A DNA stretch of 64,000 bases from Amoebophrya sp. A120. Its lineage: Eukaryota; Protista; Dinoflagellata. Below the pieces are notes generated by a model. It did no database searches, was not told the DNA's origin, and worked only from the letters and a program-made list of their open reading frames with translations. The stretch covers positions 4,110,265 to 4,174,264 of the forward strand of contig CAJINV010000007.1 in the NCBI GenBank assembly GCA_905178155.1, written 5' to 3'. Shown piece after piece: positions 1-12,689 of this stretch. The position numbers and the translations under genes are program-made. Position 1 is the first letter of the stretch. Each line of letters opens with the position of its first letter.

Positions 1-183
1 CCCTACAAGCTGGCGAAGTTGAAGGACTTTTCCCAATGCTCCCTCAGCGTGCACGCGCGAAATTTGCGGACGGCAAAAGAGGGCGAAGTGGGTCCTGGGG
101 GAATTTTTTACTCTCTCAACATGATGCAGAACTTCGTGAAAAAAATGTTTCTCGGCAGCGGACAGGACAAAGACGAAGGGTGA
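1..183 (+). CDS. 3' end of a protein-coding gene entering from the left (PYKLAKLKDF...GQDKDEG*)
   Basis: Frame 1 is open from base 1 to TGA at 181-183, with GC3-rich codons like the other exons. Confidence 0.55.
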   Translation, partial: PYKLAKLKDFSQCSLSVHARNLRTAKEGEVGPGGIFYSLNMMQNFVKKMFLGSGQDKDEG

Positions 184-1375
184 GAAGGAAGATGCTGGAT
201 TAGGTGAAGGAGGAAGGCATGGTAGGAAGCTGAGGAGCCGCGCTACCTTCTTGTTTATCGATTCAAAATAGTGGCTGTTTAGCTGATGTCCAAGTTGTAA
301 GGCAAAAAATGAGTTTCCGTTTCGAAGCGACAACTTGTAGACTTTTTTTCAAATTTTTCAAGGCCGAAGCCTTAGTACTCGTCGAAGTCGACGTCCAACG
401 AGGATCAAACAGTTCAATATGAAACGACTTGTCTTCACGACACAAAGAGGTTTCGTCCTAAGTTTAGCCAAGTATTTCTACGCACCTTACTAATATCAAA
501 AGGAAAAGCAAAAGCACTATCGTATCGACGGCCGTCGATACTTCGTCACTCCCAAGGAATATGTCGTTGTAACTTGGAGGGGGTTCACAAGCCCAAGTAA
601 TAGCACAAGAAACATTTTCAAGTTTATTGCTACGGCTACGCGACAGGAGCAGGACGACAATTCGTTTGGAAACGCTTGTTTTGTAAATAATGTGGATGAA
701 GAAAGCCAATATCTAAATCTAACCGGGGAATGCCCTGTATAAATGGAGAAAATGTTGCGCCCCTCTCTGTAACTTCGTTCAAATATCGACGTAAGCAAGA
801 CGGGTCGTCGTGGTCGGAGAGGCCCGGCGGGTCTGAATTTTCGATGGCGTTGACGCAGACGATTTTCAACTGCGTCTCCTTTTCCACAAACGGTACACGA
901 TCAATGAATGGATATATTTATGTGAATTACCTGCTTTATCGTTGAACGTAGCTGCGTATTTTTCGGTACCTTGTTGTACTAGGCCATCGGTTCGCGTTTG
1001 TCGTTGTCGCTATCGAAATCGTCTTGATCGTTGAGGAATTTGTCGTGCCGGGGAAACCAAAACTACACAGACCGGGTCAATTTTCGATTACACCATCAAG
1101 TCGGTCAGAATAGCCTTGTCGTACTTGCTCTTTCAAGAAAGAGCACAATCGTACTAGAGATCCCATATTTATATATTATTTTCATTCTGCTTTCGTTTCG
1201 TATTCGTTCATCTCCAACAAGGAAGAGGTTCAATTTCTCATATGGCAAGAAGAACCACTTTCACGGAGGGAATGGTACGTAGAAGATGGAAATAAACCAA
1301 AGCTAGACTGAGCAGAAGCTGCTGTTGTTGCTCCTTAATATAAGGAATTAAGTATACCACATACCACAATAAAAG

Positions 1376-3897
1376 ATGTACCAACAGACGGCACACCACG
1401 ACGACGAGCATGCCCGCGAAAACCGCCCGGGGTGGATCATCGTCACGGTCACGCGCCTGCTGCTGCAGCTCGCAGCTTGCGCTGTGCAGTATGCCGTGAT
1501 TCACCTGTTGTTTCTTTCCAAAGCCGGCCAGGACGTGCAGAAAAACAAGATGGACAGATTCTTCTATTACGGCACCGCGGTCGCGGTTTGGGTCACCGCG
1601 CCCATCGTCTGCCTGATCGCGCACAACGCACACCAGATCCGTTGTTGTTTCTTGCTGAAGCTGCTGACCGCGATGATGGCGGCCCTCGCCGTGGCCTACG
1701 AGACGGAGTGGCTCGGCACTTGCTTGAAAGACGCGATCAACAGTATGGGGGCGTCAACGTTGTATTTGCCTCAGACCGTAAAAAAAATTCTGCGCGCATT
1801 TTTTCGCGGCGCAAAGCTAGTAAACCTGTGCACGCTAGTGAGGGGCTGACTTGAACGCGGTTTGTTTTACCTAGCTTGTCAGCAACAGTGCTCTAGTAGG
1901 TAAGTGGGTATTGACGCGAAGGAGGGCGGGGCGCTGGGGGTTCTTCTGTGGCTGATGTTTTCACCTAGAAAACGCCGGGCGCGCGCAATATTTTGCTCCG
2001 TTTTCCGGATTCGATTGCTCTCTCCGTGCAGCTATTTGCCGCTATGGCCTGGGTCAGCGTGTGAGGCTGGAAACGCCCCGCGAGATGTCTACACAGGCCC
2101 CGGCCTCGTCGTCTCTAGCAGGCACCACGCACACACGTTGGCCGCGAAGGCCCTTCCGGAGCCCTTCCAAAAAGGGGGGGCCGGAGGGGTGCCCGGAACC
2201 CTAAAAAAAAGCCTATTGCTTTTTCTTCGAATCACGATGGTGCTACCCCTCCCCAAAAGGGGCCCCGGAACCCCTCTGGGAACCCTTCCCGAAAGGCTCT
2301 CGGGCTTTTCGCATTTTGCCGAAAAAGCCGCAAAGGCAAAATGCGCGCGCGCCTGCCGGTACACGCGTGCACAGCTGCGCGACATTAGAAACAAGGGGAG
2401 GCGCAGCCGCGGCCGGTTCCGTTTGCGCCCTCGACTCCGACCGACTTGCACAGAGTGAGGCCCATTGTCTAGCGGCTGGACTGCAAGAGGACCTGCTGCA
2501 GCACCTCCAGGCTGCAGGGGCGCTCCGAGGCAAGTCCGCGGAGCAGCAGCGCCGGATAGCTCCGTCTTTAGGCACTGAGAAGCGCTGCGAATAGGCTAGC
2601 TAGTTCATTAGGTGTGCAACATAGTGGGGGGCTATACGTGTGCAATATGATGGATATCAAATACAAAAAAAGGCGCGCGGAAAATTTTTTACAGCTTGAG
2701 GCAAATACAAGTTTGAAGGACGCGATCAACACGGAGCGAATGAAGGCGGCGATCGTTGCGAAACACAAACTGGAGGACGCCGGGGCATCGGTTTTCAACG
2801 CGACCCGGCCCTTCGAGATTTTCACAATCATTTTGGAAATCTTGACCATCATCCAGATCACGGTCGCCGCAAACTGCGGGTACCGCGACAAAATCCACGA
2901 TCTGCGGATATGACAGTGCACAACTCCCCCTCCCCCTCATTTCTATAGCATGAACGGCAAGACAAGCATCAGCAAGAATGCGGGTTTTGCATGACAAATT
3001 TACGACTGGATTGTAGTGCTATTTTGGTCACCTTCACCAGAACTTGTCATGCAAATAGTGCCATAAGGCAGCGACTGTATTCGGGCTTTAGCTGCGCAGT
3101 CTGTTAAGCATGACAAATGAGGGGGAGGAGCAGGAGTTGTGCAGTCTCATAGCGGAAACACGACGGGTACAAGGGGGTGTACGTTTCCGGTGCGCAACCG
3201 AAGCACGGGTTTAATCCGATCTTGTACTACGGGGGAAATGAATATGGATGTGTCAGAGTGGCAATCGACAAAGTTGAAATAACTTGTAATGCATAAAATC
3301 GATGCCAGTTACAAGCCCAATTTCTAAGCGGCGCATGACAAATTTGAGTAGAGCCGAAATCCAGTTTGTAATGCTGTTTGGGTAAGGGAGAAGCCTTTTT
3401 CCATGCTACTTTAGCAGCTCTATTTCTCCCCCGAAACAGGCTCACGATCTGCCTCCCTTGCCTATTCTGCAAGACAGGCATTTTCTGCGTTGCATTTTAT
3501 GCATGACAAACTATTTCAACTTTGACGATTTCAAAACTGACACTCCCATAATGGAAATCTGGATGAATTTTCAGACTCGGATGACGAGTATGAGGAAGAC
3601 GAACCGCAGGAAGTCAAGATTCTGATCAATAAGAACACGATAGCGAAGAAGAATCTGAGTCAACACCAAGGAGCTCCTGCTCGGGTAGAACTTCTTGCAC
3701 AACACCAGAACATCCACTCGGAAGATGTTGTTGATCCAGCTGATCATGCGCTGAAAACCTGCAGCACCGGGGGCATGCCGATAGCGCGCGCCGCACCGAA
3801 AAAGACGGTCTCGTTTGCAAGGAGGATTGCGTCGTGGAGCAAGGTGCGTCCAGATGAGGAGGTTGACCCTGCCTTGCTAGTCAGTCCGGAGCTGTGA
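1376..3897 (+). CDS. Multi-exon membrane protein of unknown function with an acidic C-terminal tail; exons ~1376-1761, ~2709-2908, 3157-3242, 3556-3897
   Basis: Hydrophobic ORFs 1376-1849 and 2614-2913. Removing the TIR inserts at 2909 and 3243 gives continuous ...HDLRKHDGYKGVY...YYGGNENLDEFSDSDDEYEE...SPEL*. Confidence 0.65.
1763..2707. mobile_element. ~945-bp TIR insert/intron with a GC-rich interior
   Basis: TATTTGCCTCAGACCGTAAAAAAAATTCTGCGCGCATTTTTT at the left pairs imperfectly with AAAAAAAGGCGCGCGGAAAATTTTTTACAGCTTGAGGCAAATA at the right; no clean 5-bp TSD. Confidence 0.7.
2909..3151. mobile_element. Introner family A (TATGACAGTGCACAACTCCCCCTCCCCC TIR)
   Basis: ~33-bp TIR; TSD GCGGA at 2904-2908 and 3152-3156; removal restores frame. 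Confidence 0.9.
3243..3550. mobile_element. Introner with a long (~55 bp) imperfect TIR
   Basis: TATGGATGTGTCAG...AAAGTTGAAATAACTTGTAATGCATAAAAT pairs with ATTTTATGCATGACAAACTATTTCAACTTT...CTGACACTCCCATA; TSD ATGAA/ATGGA. Confidence 0.85.
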
Positions 3898-5271
3898 AGC
3901 GGAGACAGGGTCGTGGTCGAGTTCTTCTCCAAGTAGTGGTAAGAAGAGTTATGGTTCAAGGACAACAGCTGGCTCGTATTTTTCAGCCCGGACTTAGCTT
4001 GCTTCTAAGAAATTAACGTGACTGTACAGTAGAGCTGCCGCAAGACAGAGGCAATCAATCGAGGTTGCCAGCTGACTACAGGCAATCAAATTCCGAAAAT
4101 CTCTTGTTGCACTCGCTGAAGAAATTAAGTTGTGTCTGACAACAATGTCTATCTATGGCCTGTATTCTAATGTTTGTGTTTTTGAAAAGTTTTCAGCAAA
4201 CAAATTCTGTAAGTTCACCTTCATCACGCACCGCCTTGGTAACATCTTTTTGCGAAATTAGGAAGGAAATTAGAAGCTTGTACATAGTTGTCACTTCTGG
4301 CATTGACGGTCTCGGCAGCCAAGAAATCATAATCAAACTGTAACTCTAATCTTTGCTGGCGTGATTTGATCCATTGAAATTGGTATACGAAAAACTACAA
4401 CTACTTGTCGCGGCGCAAAACGGTTTTGAGCGATATCGAGCGTCAAGATTTTGAAGGAGTTTCCTGATGCTCGCACCCATGTTCCTCATCAGAAAAGACG
4501 ATATAGCGTTTTAGTCGTGCTTACGAATATCGCTTCTCGTTCAACGAAAAATATATACAAGTCGGTTTGAGGTCGTACAAAGCCAATGACTCTGTGGCCA
4601 GGTTTTTTCGTACTTAACGGAGGATTTTTCGTGCAACAAAAGCAGACAGAGAGCTGAAAAAAAGACCACCCAACTATGCGGAGGTTAAAGCAGTGTCAAA
4701 AAATCGGCAGTACCAACATGAACAAAGCTGCGTATCTATGAACCACCATGTTCATCAGTAACAGTATCACACCAGAAGTTGCAACGAATAAACCACTTGA
4801 AAATAAAACCACGACCACAGGACTCGCAATCTTTGATCCAAAGCCCTTGGCTACGCCCCCCTGCATGCGACAGAGCTTCTTGTTCCTTTTGAAACTTAAC
4901 GGAAAAACCTACGCTTATCAAGACCGCGATCTCCGCGATCCGCAGAAAAGTCTAATTCTCAACAACATCCGAACTATTTTCCTTTGCGCTGTGTCTTCTC
5001 GTTAAACTTAAAACTTAATTCTAGTTCTGCTTTTCGCTTTTGCGTCTCTTTTCGACAACTTCTTCGAAACCGTCTCGAACCCAGTTCGACCTCAAAAAAA
5101 ATCCGCCAACCAAAACAGTAGCCTTGTGGTGAAGTACATTATTCTTCTCGCAGTGCGCTACGGTACAACTGTTCTTGATATTCTACTTCGCTGCATAAGA
5201 GTTCTTGATCGTCTCACCAGTAACACCACATAGTATAATCTTGTTGCAACATCGAGTGTAGTACCTCCATC

Positions 5272-8200
5272 ATGCGAACTTCCCGTCGACTTTTTATGCT
5301 TCTGTTTCGCCGATTATGTTTGCTCCTTCACATTGGGCGGGTCGCGATACTCTTCGCACTCGCACAGAGCAACATCGAGCAGCAGATGGGTTTTCTGTTC
5401 CAGAAAATCATGGTAAGGAGTTCTCGCTTTTTATTTCTTCATTTTTGATGACCTTCGTTCCTGGATCAAGAACAAGGATCTGTGAATCGAAACAAGAAAC
5501 CATGTTGACGTCCAAAGCAGGATGCAAACGAGTAAAAGATAAATCCAAACACATTCCTCTTTACTTCTTCCAGGTCTCCATGCAAGATTTCGAGCGCGTG
5601 AAGCCTGGGCTTTTCCAGGCACAGCAGAAGCTCCAGTCCGCGGGGGCACAGCTGCAGCAGCTGGTGCAGTCGAACAAGGTTACGCCGGAGCACATAAGAC
5701 TTTTGAACGGCGAGGAAAGTGAGAAGTTCCACCTGGAGTTCCTCCGGTTGCAAAAAATCGCGCAGGAGCTCGCGGAGAAGGGTGTAAACAACAACAACGG
5801 GCCGAACACGAACAACGACGGGCCGCAAACGGCCCAGTACATTCAAGACTTGGAAAAGTACAGCCACACATTGTCCGACCACGTGCGGGCCGTCGAAAAT
5901 GCGGTGCGAAGCGTGGACCAGGCGGTGGCAGGTGGATCTGGCTCAGCGTCCAGCACTGCCGGAAGGTCGTTGCAAGGGTCGATAATAAACGCTGGAGGCG
6001 GTGCTGTAGTGCAAGCACCTCCACCACAAGCTCCTCCGTCTTCTAATGGCGGCATTGGCATCGGTGTCGGGGTACCCATTCGATTGCCCGGACAGCAAGG
6101 TCTTCAAGGTGGACAAGGACAACAGCAGCAGCAGCTGCCAAATGTCCAAATGCAGATGCAAATGCCTTCCGCCCCATCTTCACAACCAAGCACGATTTCC
6201 GGCATCAATACACCTGCCATGTTTTCAACATCTGGCGGAGCTGTTGGAGGAACACCACAGCCTCCACAACAACAGCAGAACAGCTACCGACCAGGTAGTT
6301 TCGCCGCTTCTATGGCAGCAAGCCAAACAGCTGCAGATACACAAGCAACTGCAAACTCTGGCTCTGCGTCTCTGTTCCCAAAAGGCGAGGACAAAATCGC
6401 AGCGAAGCCCGACATCGAGATGTGGAAAGCCCAGCAGCTGATGGGCAACATGGCCGTGCCGGCAGGACCACAAGGCGCGGCGGGAGGTGGTCTTTCGAGT
6501 GGGCAAATGCAGCAGGGGATGATGGGAGCAGGAGGACCGAACGGCCAGAAAATGTCGAGATTGGAATTCCTGTTTCTTGATTTGCAAAACGGAATGTCCG
6601 ACTTTGAACAATTAAAACCTCTGTTCGCAAAGATCGACCACACGTCCGCACAAATCTCCCGCATGGACCTGAACGACCGAAGAATTCTGCAGGGCATCGA
6701 AGCGGAGGAACTGAACTACCGCATGCAAAACATCGAAAAGCAAGCGCAGAAGATCGAGAGTAGAATGGCGCAGCTCGGCCCGGCGGAGGAGAAGCAGTTT
6801 TCGGAAGAAGTGGAGCAGTTTGTGAAGGATATGCGGAAACACACGGGAAGAGTACGTGAGTTGTTCACCACTGTCGTTTTCAAAAATGACAAGACCGTCA
6901 CCATCCCGAAGGAATTACCAAAACTGGACCCGAACGCGAAACTGGACCCGTCGTCCCCGGAGATGCGGAAGATCACGGTGATATTCGCAGAAATCCAGTC
7001 CAACATGCAGATTTTTGAACGAGAACTGGCGCCAAGATTCGCCGCGGTGACCCCGCAAATTCTCCAGTCGAGGACCAATTTGGACGAGAAAGGAATCATG
7101 ACGGGGGAGGAGTCGCAAAAGCTACATGTGCGCTTCGTGTCCTTGCAATCCCGATTGCATTCCGAGCACAAAGAAAAACAATACCTCGAGGAGTTGACGC
7201 AGTTCAGCAACGACTTGCGGACCCACGTGAACGCCGCCCTGAAATTGATGAAGGACGATTTGAAAATCGAGAAAACCGCCATGCCGGCGATGGGAGTACA
7301 ACCGGGTGCAGCACGAGGAGGGCCTGGAGGACCAACAGGCGGGCCGATCGGCGGTACACCAATTGGAGGACAAGCGATGCCAACAAATCAGCCGCAGCTC
7401 CGCACGGTGTCGGGAGGCGCCAACGCAATGCCGACCCCGGCGAACTTTGCCGGTGGCGGTGGCCGCCCGATGGACCCAATTTCCAAACAGATCAACGATT
7501 TGTTCGAAAAGGTGGACAAACACATGCAGAGATTCGAGGCAAACGTCAAGCCGCTCTTCAAAAATGTGCCGGCGCCACAGGTATGATATTAAATTATTTA
7601 TATTAATTCATCTCACTACACTCGAAGCTGCGGCAGCTGGTGCCATCATGCATGACTAAGCCTGTGCCTGCTGTGGTCTCTGCAGCAGCAAGAATAGAAG
7701 TACACACAAACACCGACCTGTCGTGTACCTCCATGTCGAATCTATGGAAAAACTTCTAGATGCATTTTTTATACAACCTTACAAAGCAAATAAATAAACA
7801 AAATCAGGTACTGATGAACAAGCTGGAGGACAAGCAGGAGCTGAAGATTGCGACCGGGCAAGCGTCCGAAGAAATCCACCGGCGTTTTCTGTCCATCCAA
7901 ACCCGGGCGAACTCCCTGAACCAGCAGCAAGGCCCGGCGATTCAGGCCTTCATCCTGGACCTGGAGAAGTTCGAGAAAGACCTCTCCGAGCACGTGCCCG
8001 CCGCGGAACTCGTCATGAAAAAAGCAAGCCAAATGTCGCAGGGGTCCACGGAGGCGTACAAGAAGCAAACGCCCGAGTTTTCCGAGAAGGAGCTGGACGA
8101 CGAATTGTCCAAAGTGGAGCAAGACATGCTGGAACAGGACCGCCGACTTCCCACCACCCTCCGCAACTTGAAGGAGCGCATGGGCTCCCAATTGGGAGAA

Positions 8201-9709
8201 TTTACCCAATCGAACAAGGAGAAACTGGTGGAAAGAGAAGTGAACAAAATGGCGCACATGCTTGCCGCGATCAAAAACGCGGCGCTCGAAATCCTGCGCG
8301 AGATACGACAAGGGTTTCAAGGGAAGCGCCCGCTCAAGGAATTGAACGAGCTCTTCTGGGACGACTTCGCCACGGAATCGCAAAGGTATAGATGATGCTG
8401 TACTGAAGTAATGTTCAGATTTTTATGATGAGGATGAGCGTTCTTGTCTTGCGCAGTTTACATAACTCCATAAACTGTAACCATCTAGTACCTGATAGTC
8501 GGTGATGTAGCTTGTTTTTGTCATGATGCGGAGATGAAAACATAATAAAATATTAATTTTTCACAGTGGATAAGTACATTTCCATTTATTCCAATATGAA
8601 AAAAAGAATCACTGATTCACACTTATGACAGATTCCTCGCCACTATCCGGGATCTGCAAAAGGAGGAGATGCAAGCCTCGCGAGAATCCGGCGGCGACAC
8701 CAACATGGCTGAAAACATAAACATGCCGGGCATGAAGCTAACCGGGAACATTCTTGGTATAGTATGCTTGCAAGAGTATTATTAGGAGATTCCAACTGAT
8801 GTTGTTAGGGATGGAAAATGTAGAAAAGTTTCATACCTATAAAGTACTAGCTAGCACGGTCGGGCACTGGTTACGAGCACGATGGCGATCATTCTTTGCA
8901 TTTTTTGGCGTCCCCACTAGCACGGTCGGACCGTGTTAGTGGGGACGCTAAAAAAAGCAACCCAGCTGGTTGCCGCGCGCTTTTAGAACCTCTGCGGGCG
9001 AAAAAGTGAATATATATCCAAAAAATGAGCCGCATATTTCGAAACTGGCCCGCATAGGTTCCAAAAGCACGCGGCAACCAGCTGGGCTGCTTTTTTTGGC
9101 GTCCCCACTAGCACGGTCGGACCGTGCTAGTGGGGACGCCAAAAAAAGCAACCCCGATGTTTGCCGCGTGCTAGAAGTGCCTATGTTGACCAATTTCGAA
9201 AATATGCGGCCCATTTTGAAAATATGCGGCCCATTTTTGGGGTATATAGGTATGAAACATTTTGCAGTTTTCCATTCATAGATGTTGTGTGAGATATTTA
9301 TTGCATTTGCAATCTCAGGCATTGCACTTGTAAGCCTCTTGTTACGTCGATTGGGCGGCCCGACGTACAGGCGCGTGATGGAGATCGAAATCACGATGCT
9401 TTTTGTCAGCACCTGAAGACCACCAGATTTTTTTTTTATGCAGTGAAGAAGATTTCGTGCTGATAATGATATGCCTCTCATGCATACGCGGCTGCACCAT
9501 GACAGATTGCTTTGCAAAAAGGGACCGAAAAAAATCATGACCCAGGTACTTCTGGCGTCACAAGCAAAGCGTTGGAGAACAGTTCTTCAACCAGCTACGT
9601 GTCTCGTGGCATGGTCCAGGGCGGGGCGCAGAGTGGCACCGCAAGCAGCATCGATGGAAACAATGACGATCAAGGGACTCTGAATGCTGCCGCGGCTGGG
9701 GTACAATAG
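5272..9709 (+). CDS. Predicted secreted/membrane-anchored protein with four helical repeats and G/Q/P-rich linkers; GT-AG introns 5413-5573, 7581-7807, 8386-8631, 8757-9318; ends at 9416, or at 9709 if an AT-AC intron 9390-9541 is spliced
   Basis: Hydrophobic N-terminus MRTSRRLFMLLFRRLCLLLHIGRVAILFALA; canonical splices join ORFs 5316 and 7760 in frame; C-terminal hydrophobic stretch NILGIALVSLLL. Confidence 0.75.
8806..9280. mobile_element. Foldback/MITE-like element inside a GT-AG intron, with an 8-bp TSD
   Basis: TIR TAGGGATGGAAAATGTAGAAAAGTTTCATACCTATA vs TATAGGTATGAAACATTTTGCAGTTTTCCATTCATA; GATGTTGT at 8798-8805 and 9281-9288; internal nested palindromes. Confidence 0.8.
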
Positions 9710-12689
9710 TTCTCATAGTCGTGTTCTTTGTGCCAGGGAGTCTATGCATTCATCTTCTGCTTCTTCATCTTGCAGGGAAATTCATTGGATTGCTGTCATC
9801 CTGAATTTTGGTTTGCGTTTGCACCATGTTTCATCTTTCTACTGCTCGATGTGTAAATCAATATGGAGAAACAGGAAATAATCAGAGTGTATGAACAAAA
9901 CTCCCGCCTTACAGGTTGCGAACATGCAAGGACCGGGTGGCCACGGCGGGTTCGGCGCCGGCGGCATGGCAGGGCTCGCAAAGTTGCCGAAGTTGCAACT
10001 GTAAAAGCAGCGGCAAATCTTGTCGCGGAAAATAAGAACGGCGCTAGAAGGAGGGAGGCATATGGTTTTTTTTCAAAAACGAACATCTAGAAGTTTTGTT
10101 TCGAAGTAATTTTTCGAGGAATTTTTAAATGGCGGAGATGCGCTTTATTATCTACAGCAGGTTTGGATCTATCGAAACACCTGGCGACCTCCCTTGGTTG
10201 AGTTCTACTGCTCTCATTGGAGCCGCAAGAATTCCCGATGGGTTGTGATATGGGTTGTACTTCCTCGAGATAGATTTGCTCAATTTGTGGTAACCTGTAG
10301 TAGAAGTAGTACTTCGCCACAACTGATTCCTTTGTTTACTTCAGTAGTTATATTGCATGCTCTACAGCACTCAGTGAAATGGGTAAAGGACTGTGAATAG
10401 ATAAATACAACTATAATAGATACCAGAAAACTACTATACTTGTACGTCTCGTCCTGGAAAACGTACCATAGCAACAGCCAATATGTAATTTGCAGTTTCG
10501 AAAATCGGAAGCGGAACAAGAAAGGAAGAACTCGACAGCAGACAGCCTAATGCTGCGTCAGACACAGAAGTGCCAAAGAATGTACGACTTTATTTGATGC
10601 CATGCGGCCTTTGCTTTTTCTTCTGCTAGTTTCCGTGGACAAATGCAAGAAACCAAAATGTACTTATGACGGAGTTACTTCTAACCTCCGGGCTGTGGTA
10701 CAGACGAGCAGACAGAGCTTCAGTTTTTACGATATCGATCAACAATCGCCAGCACAAATAAACCAAAGAGAGAACAAATGGTATCAGAGCCCACGACGTC
10801 AGATTTTCAGTTCTTAAAAAGCCGGCGTCAAAGCTATGCCCGGTTGTTTCTTCAATTAGTGTTGATTTGGAACAAAAAGAATAAACAGAAAGCCCATGAG
10901 CTGTCGTGCTGCCTATCTTGGTCAGCCGTCCTCTCCTGCCTTGGCCAGCCGCAGGCCGTGTGTTCTTATCTTCCGTCTTCGCGCGCCGCACTACCTCGGT
11001 CCATACAGTATGCCTAAAGTTTTGCTGACCCCGTGCTCGAGGCATGTCGGCGAAGATACAAATCGCAAGAACCAAACCGAAACTATCCGTATGATCTATC
11101 GTGGCCCGCCATTGCTGGTCACTCGTAGTACTACTTCGTATAGTAGGTAGAAGCTATTCTCGGAGTCTGAACAGCAGCACCAGTTTATCGCTTGGTCGCC
11201 TCTAGAGCAGGATGAGAGGATGTGCCTCTACAATGCATGGAGCTCTTTGAGCTTGAGCGACGAGAGAAACTAGATAAGCAAGCGAACATGATTTCGTCGG
11301 TTCGAGGACCAGATAGCGATCGCGTGGACAGTCGATATTCTGACCCGATTGTTCGCATGATATTAATTTTACATCCACAACAGAACAAGGTTCCCTAATT
11401 TCGAAAACGTTCTGTAGAAGTGGAGCCCATTTGTAGATAGATGTGAGGTCATCTCGTAAGTTTTTTGATATATAAAGCGGGAAAATTTACACAAGAAAAA
11501 CGACGTTGTAGAAAAAAGATAGCGTTTGCTCTTCCTGTTTGGCGCGATTCTGCTGGGCGGTTTTTTTCTCCACTAGCCGCACCACCGAGGCAAAGAAGCA
11601 CCATAAGAGGTGCAGAAAACTACACCTACAGAAGTAAGAGCCCACCCCTCGTCGTCCAGGGCGTCGGCGTCCCACTAGTTGTAGTCGTTGTCTGAGGTGG
11701 GCGGCCGCGCGGCCTGTTAAAAATCGTAAAAACCAGCCAGCATTACGACAAGTAGCATCCGCCGTCGGCTGCGACAAGGACAGTCTGAAGGTGTGGCTGG
11801 CGGACGACGAATCCCTACAAAAAAGGTTGTACTAGTACTTCAGCCTGTTACAACAACTTCATCCGCCAGGCCTCTATCACCACTACCCTTAATTAAGTAC
11901 ATGGATCACCACAGGGACGTACGACTGGAGCGCGCATCTTAATAACGGCCCATATTATTTTCACCTAGAGGAGTTTGCTGTCTTCTTCTTCATCGACGTG
12001 GGTTTCATCTTTCTCCAGTATCTTCACCATTTCGGTCGTGCCGTAACACTAACATCTTCGGTGGTAGCGGTTATTTACCTATTAAGTTAACAAGACGCAT
12101 CTACTTCTTCAAAACGGACGAGAAGGATCTTCGCAGAAGCTAGAAATAACCGTTGACGACAAGAAAAAAAGTTTCCGGAAAAAGTCACGAAGAGGAGTGC
12201 GTTTATTGCTACCGCGTAGTTCTACAAGCGCACGCGCAGCACAACGACTTGGTGGAAAATAAAGGTCGCTGGGTAGACGTAGAGACAGAAAAGAACAAAC
12301 GAAACCAACACCGGCAACGACAAAATGCCAATCGAGCCAATAGGATGCCACTACGCCGACAAGGCGCCGGTAGGAGGGAGTTTTTACGGAAACTATTTCC
12401 AGAGAAATCAAGCATATGAAGGTACGACAGTTTCTTGGACGATAATTTTATCATCATTTCGGTTCTTGAAAATCAAAATGGAATTCAGCATTTAAGTACA
12501 CACAACATATTACAATCAGCTACTAAGAAATCTAGGTTCCTATCATGAAGACAAACATGTCGTCTACATCTACTCGCATTTTTACTTTTCTGTCGCTCTA
12601 GCTCAACATCAACTAGGATGTGGGGACGACAAATCGACATTAAGATTCGTGTATCGATAAGATTGCACGGAATTATGTCATCACAGGTT

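Noticed and set aside
5431-8383. Long minus-strand ORFs opposite real exons (also 46011-46679, 47656-48186, 60986-61729)
   Set aside because: Antisense shadows of codon-biased plus-strand CDS
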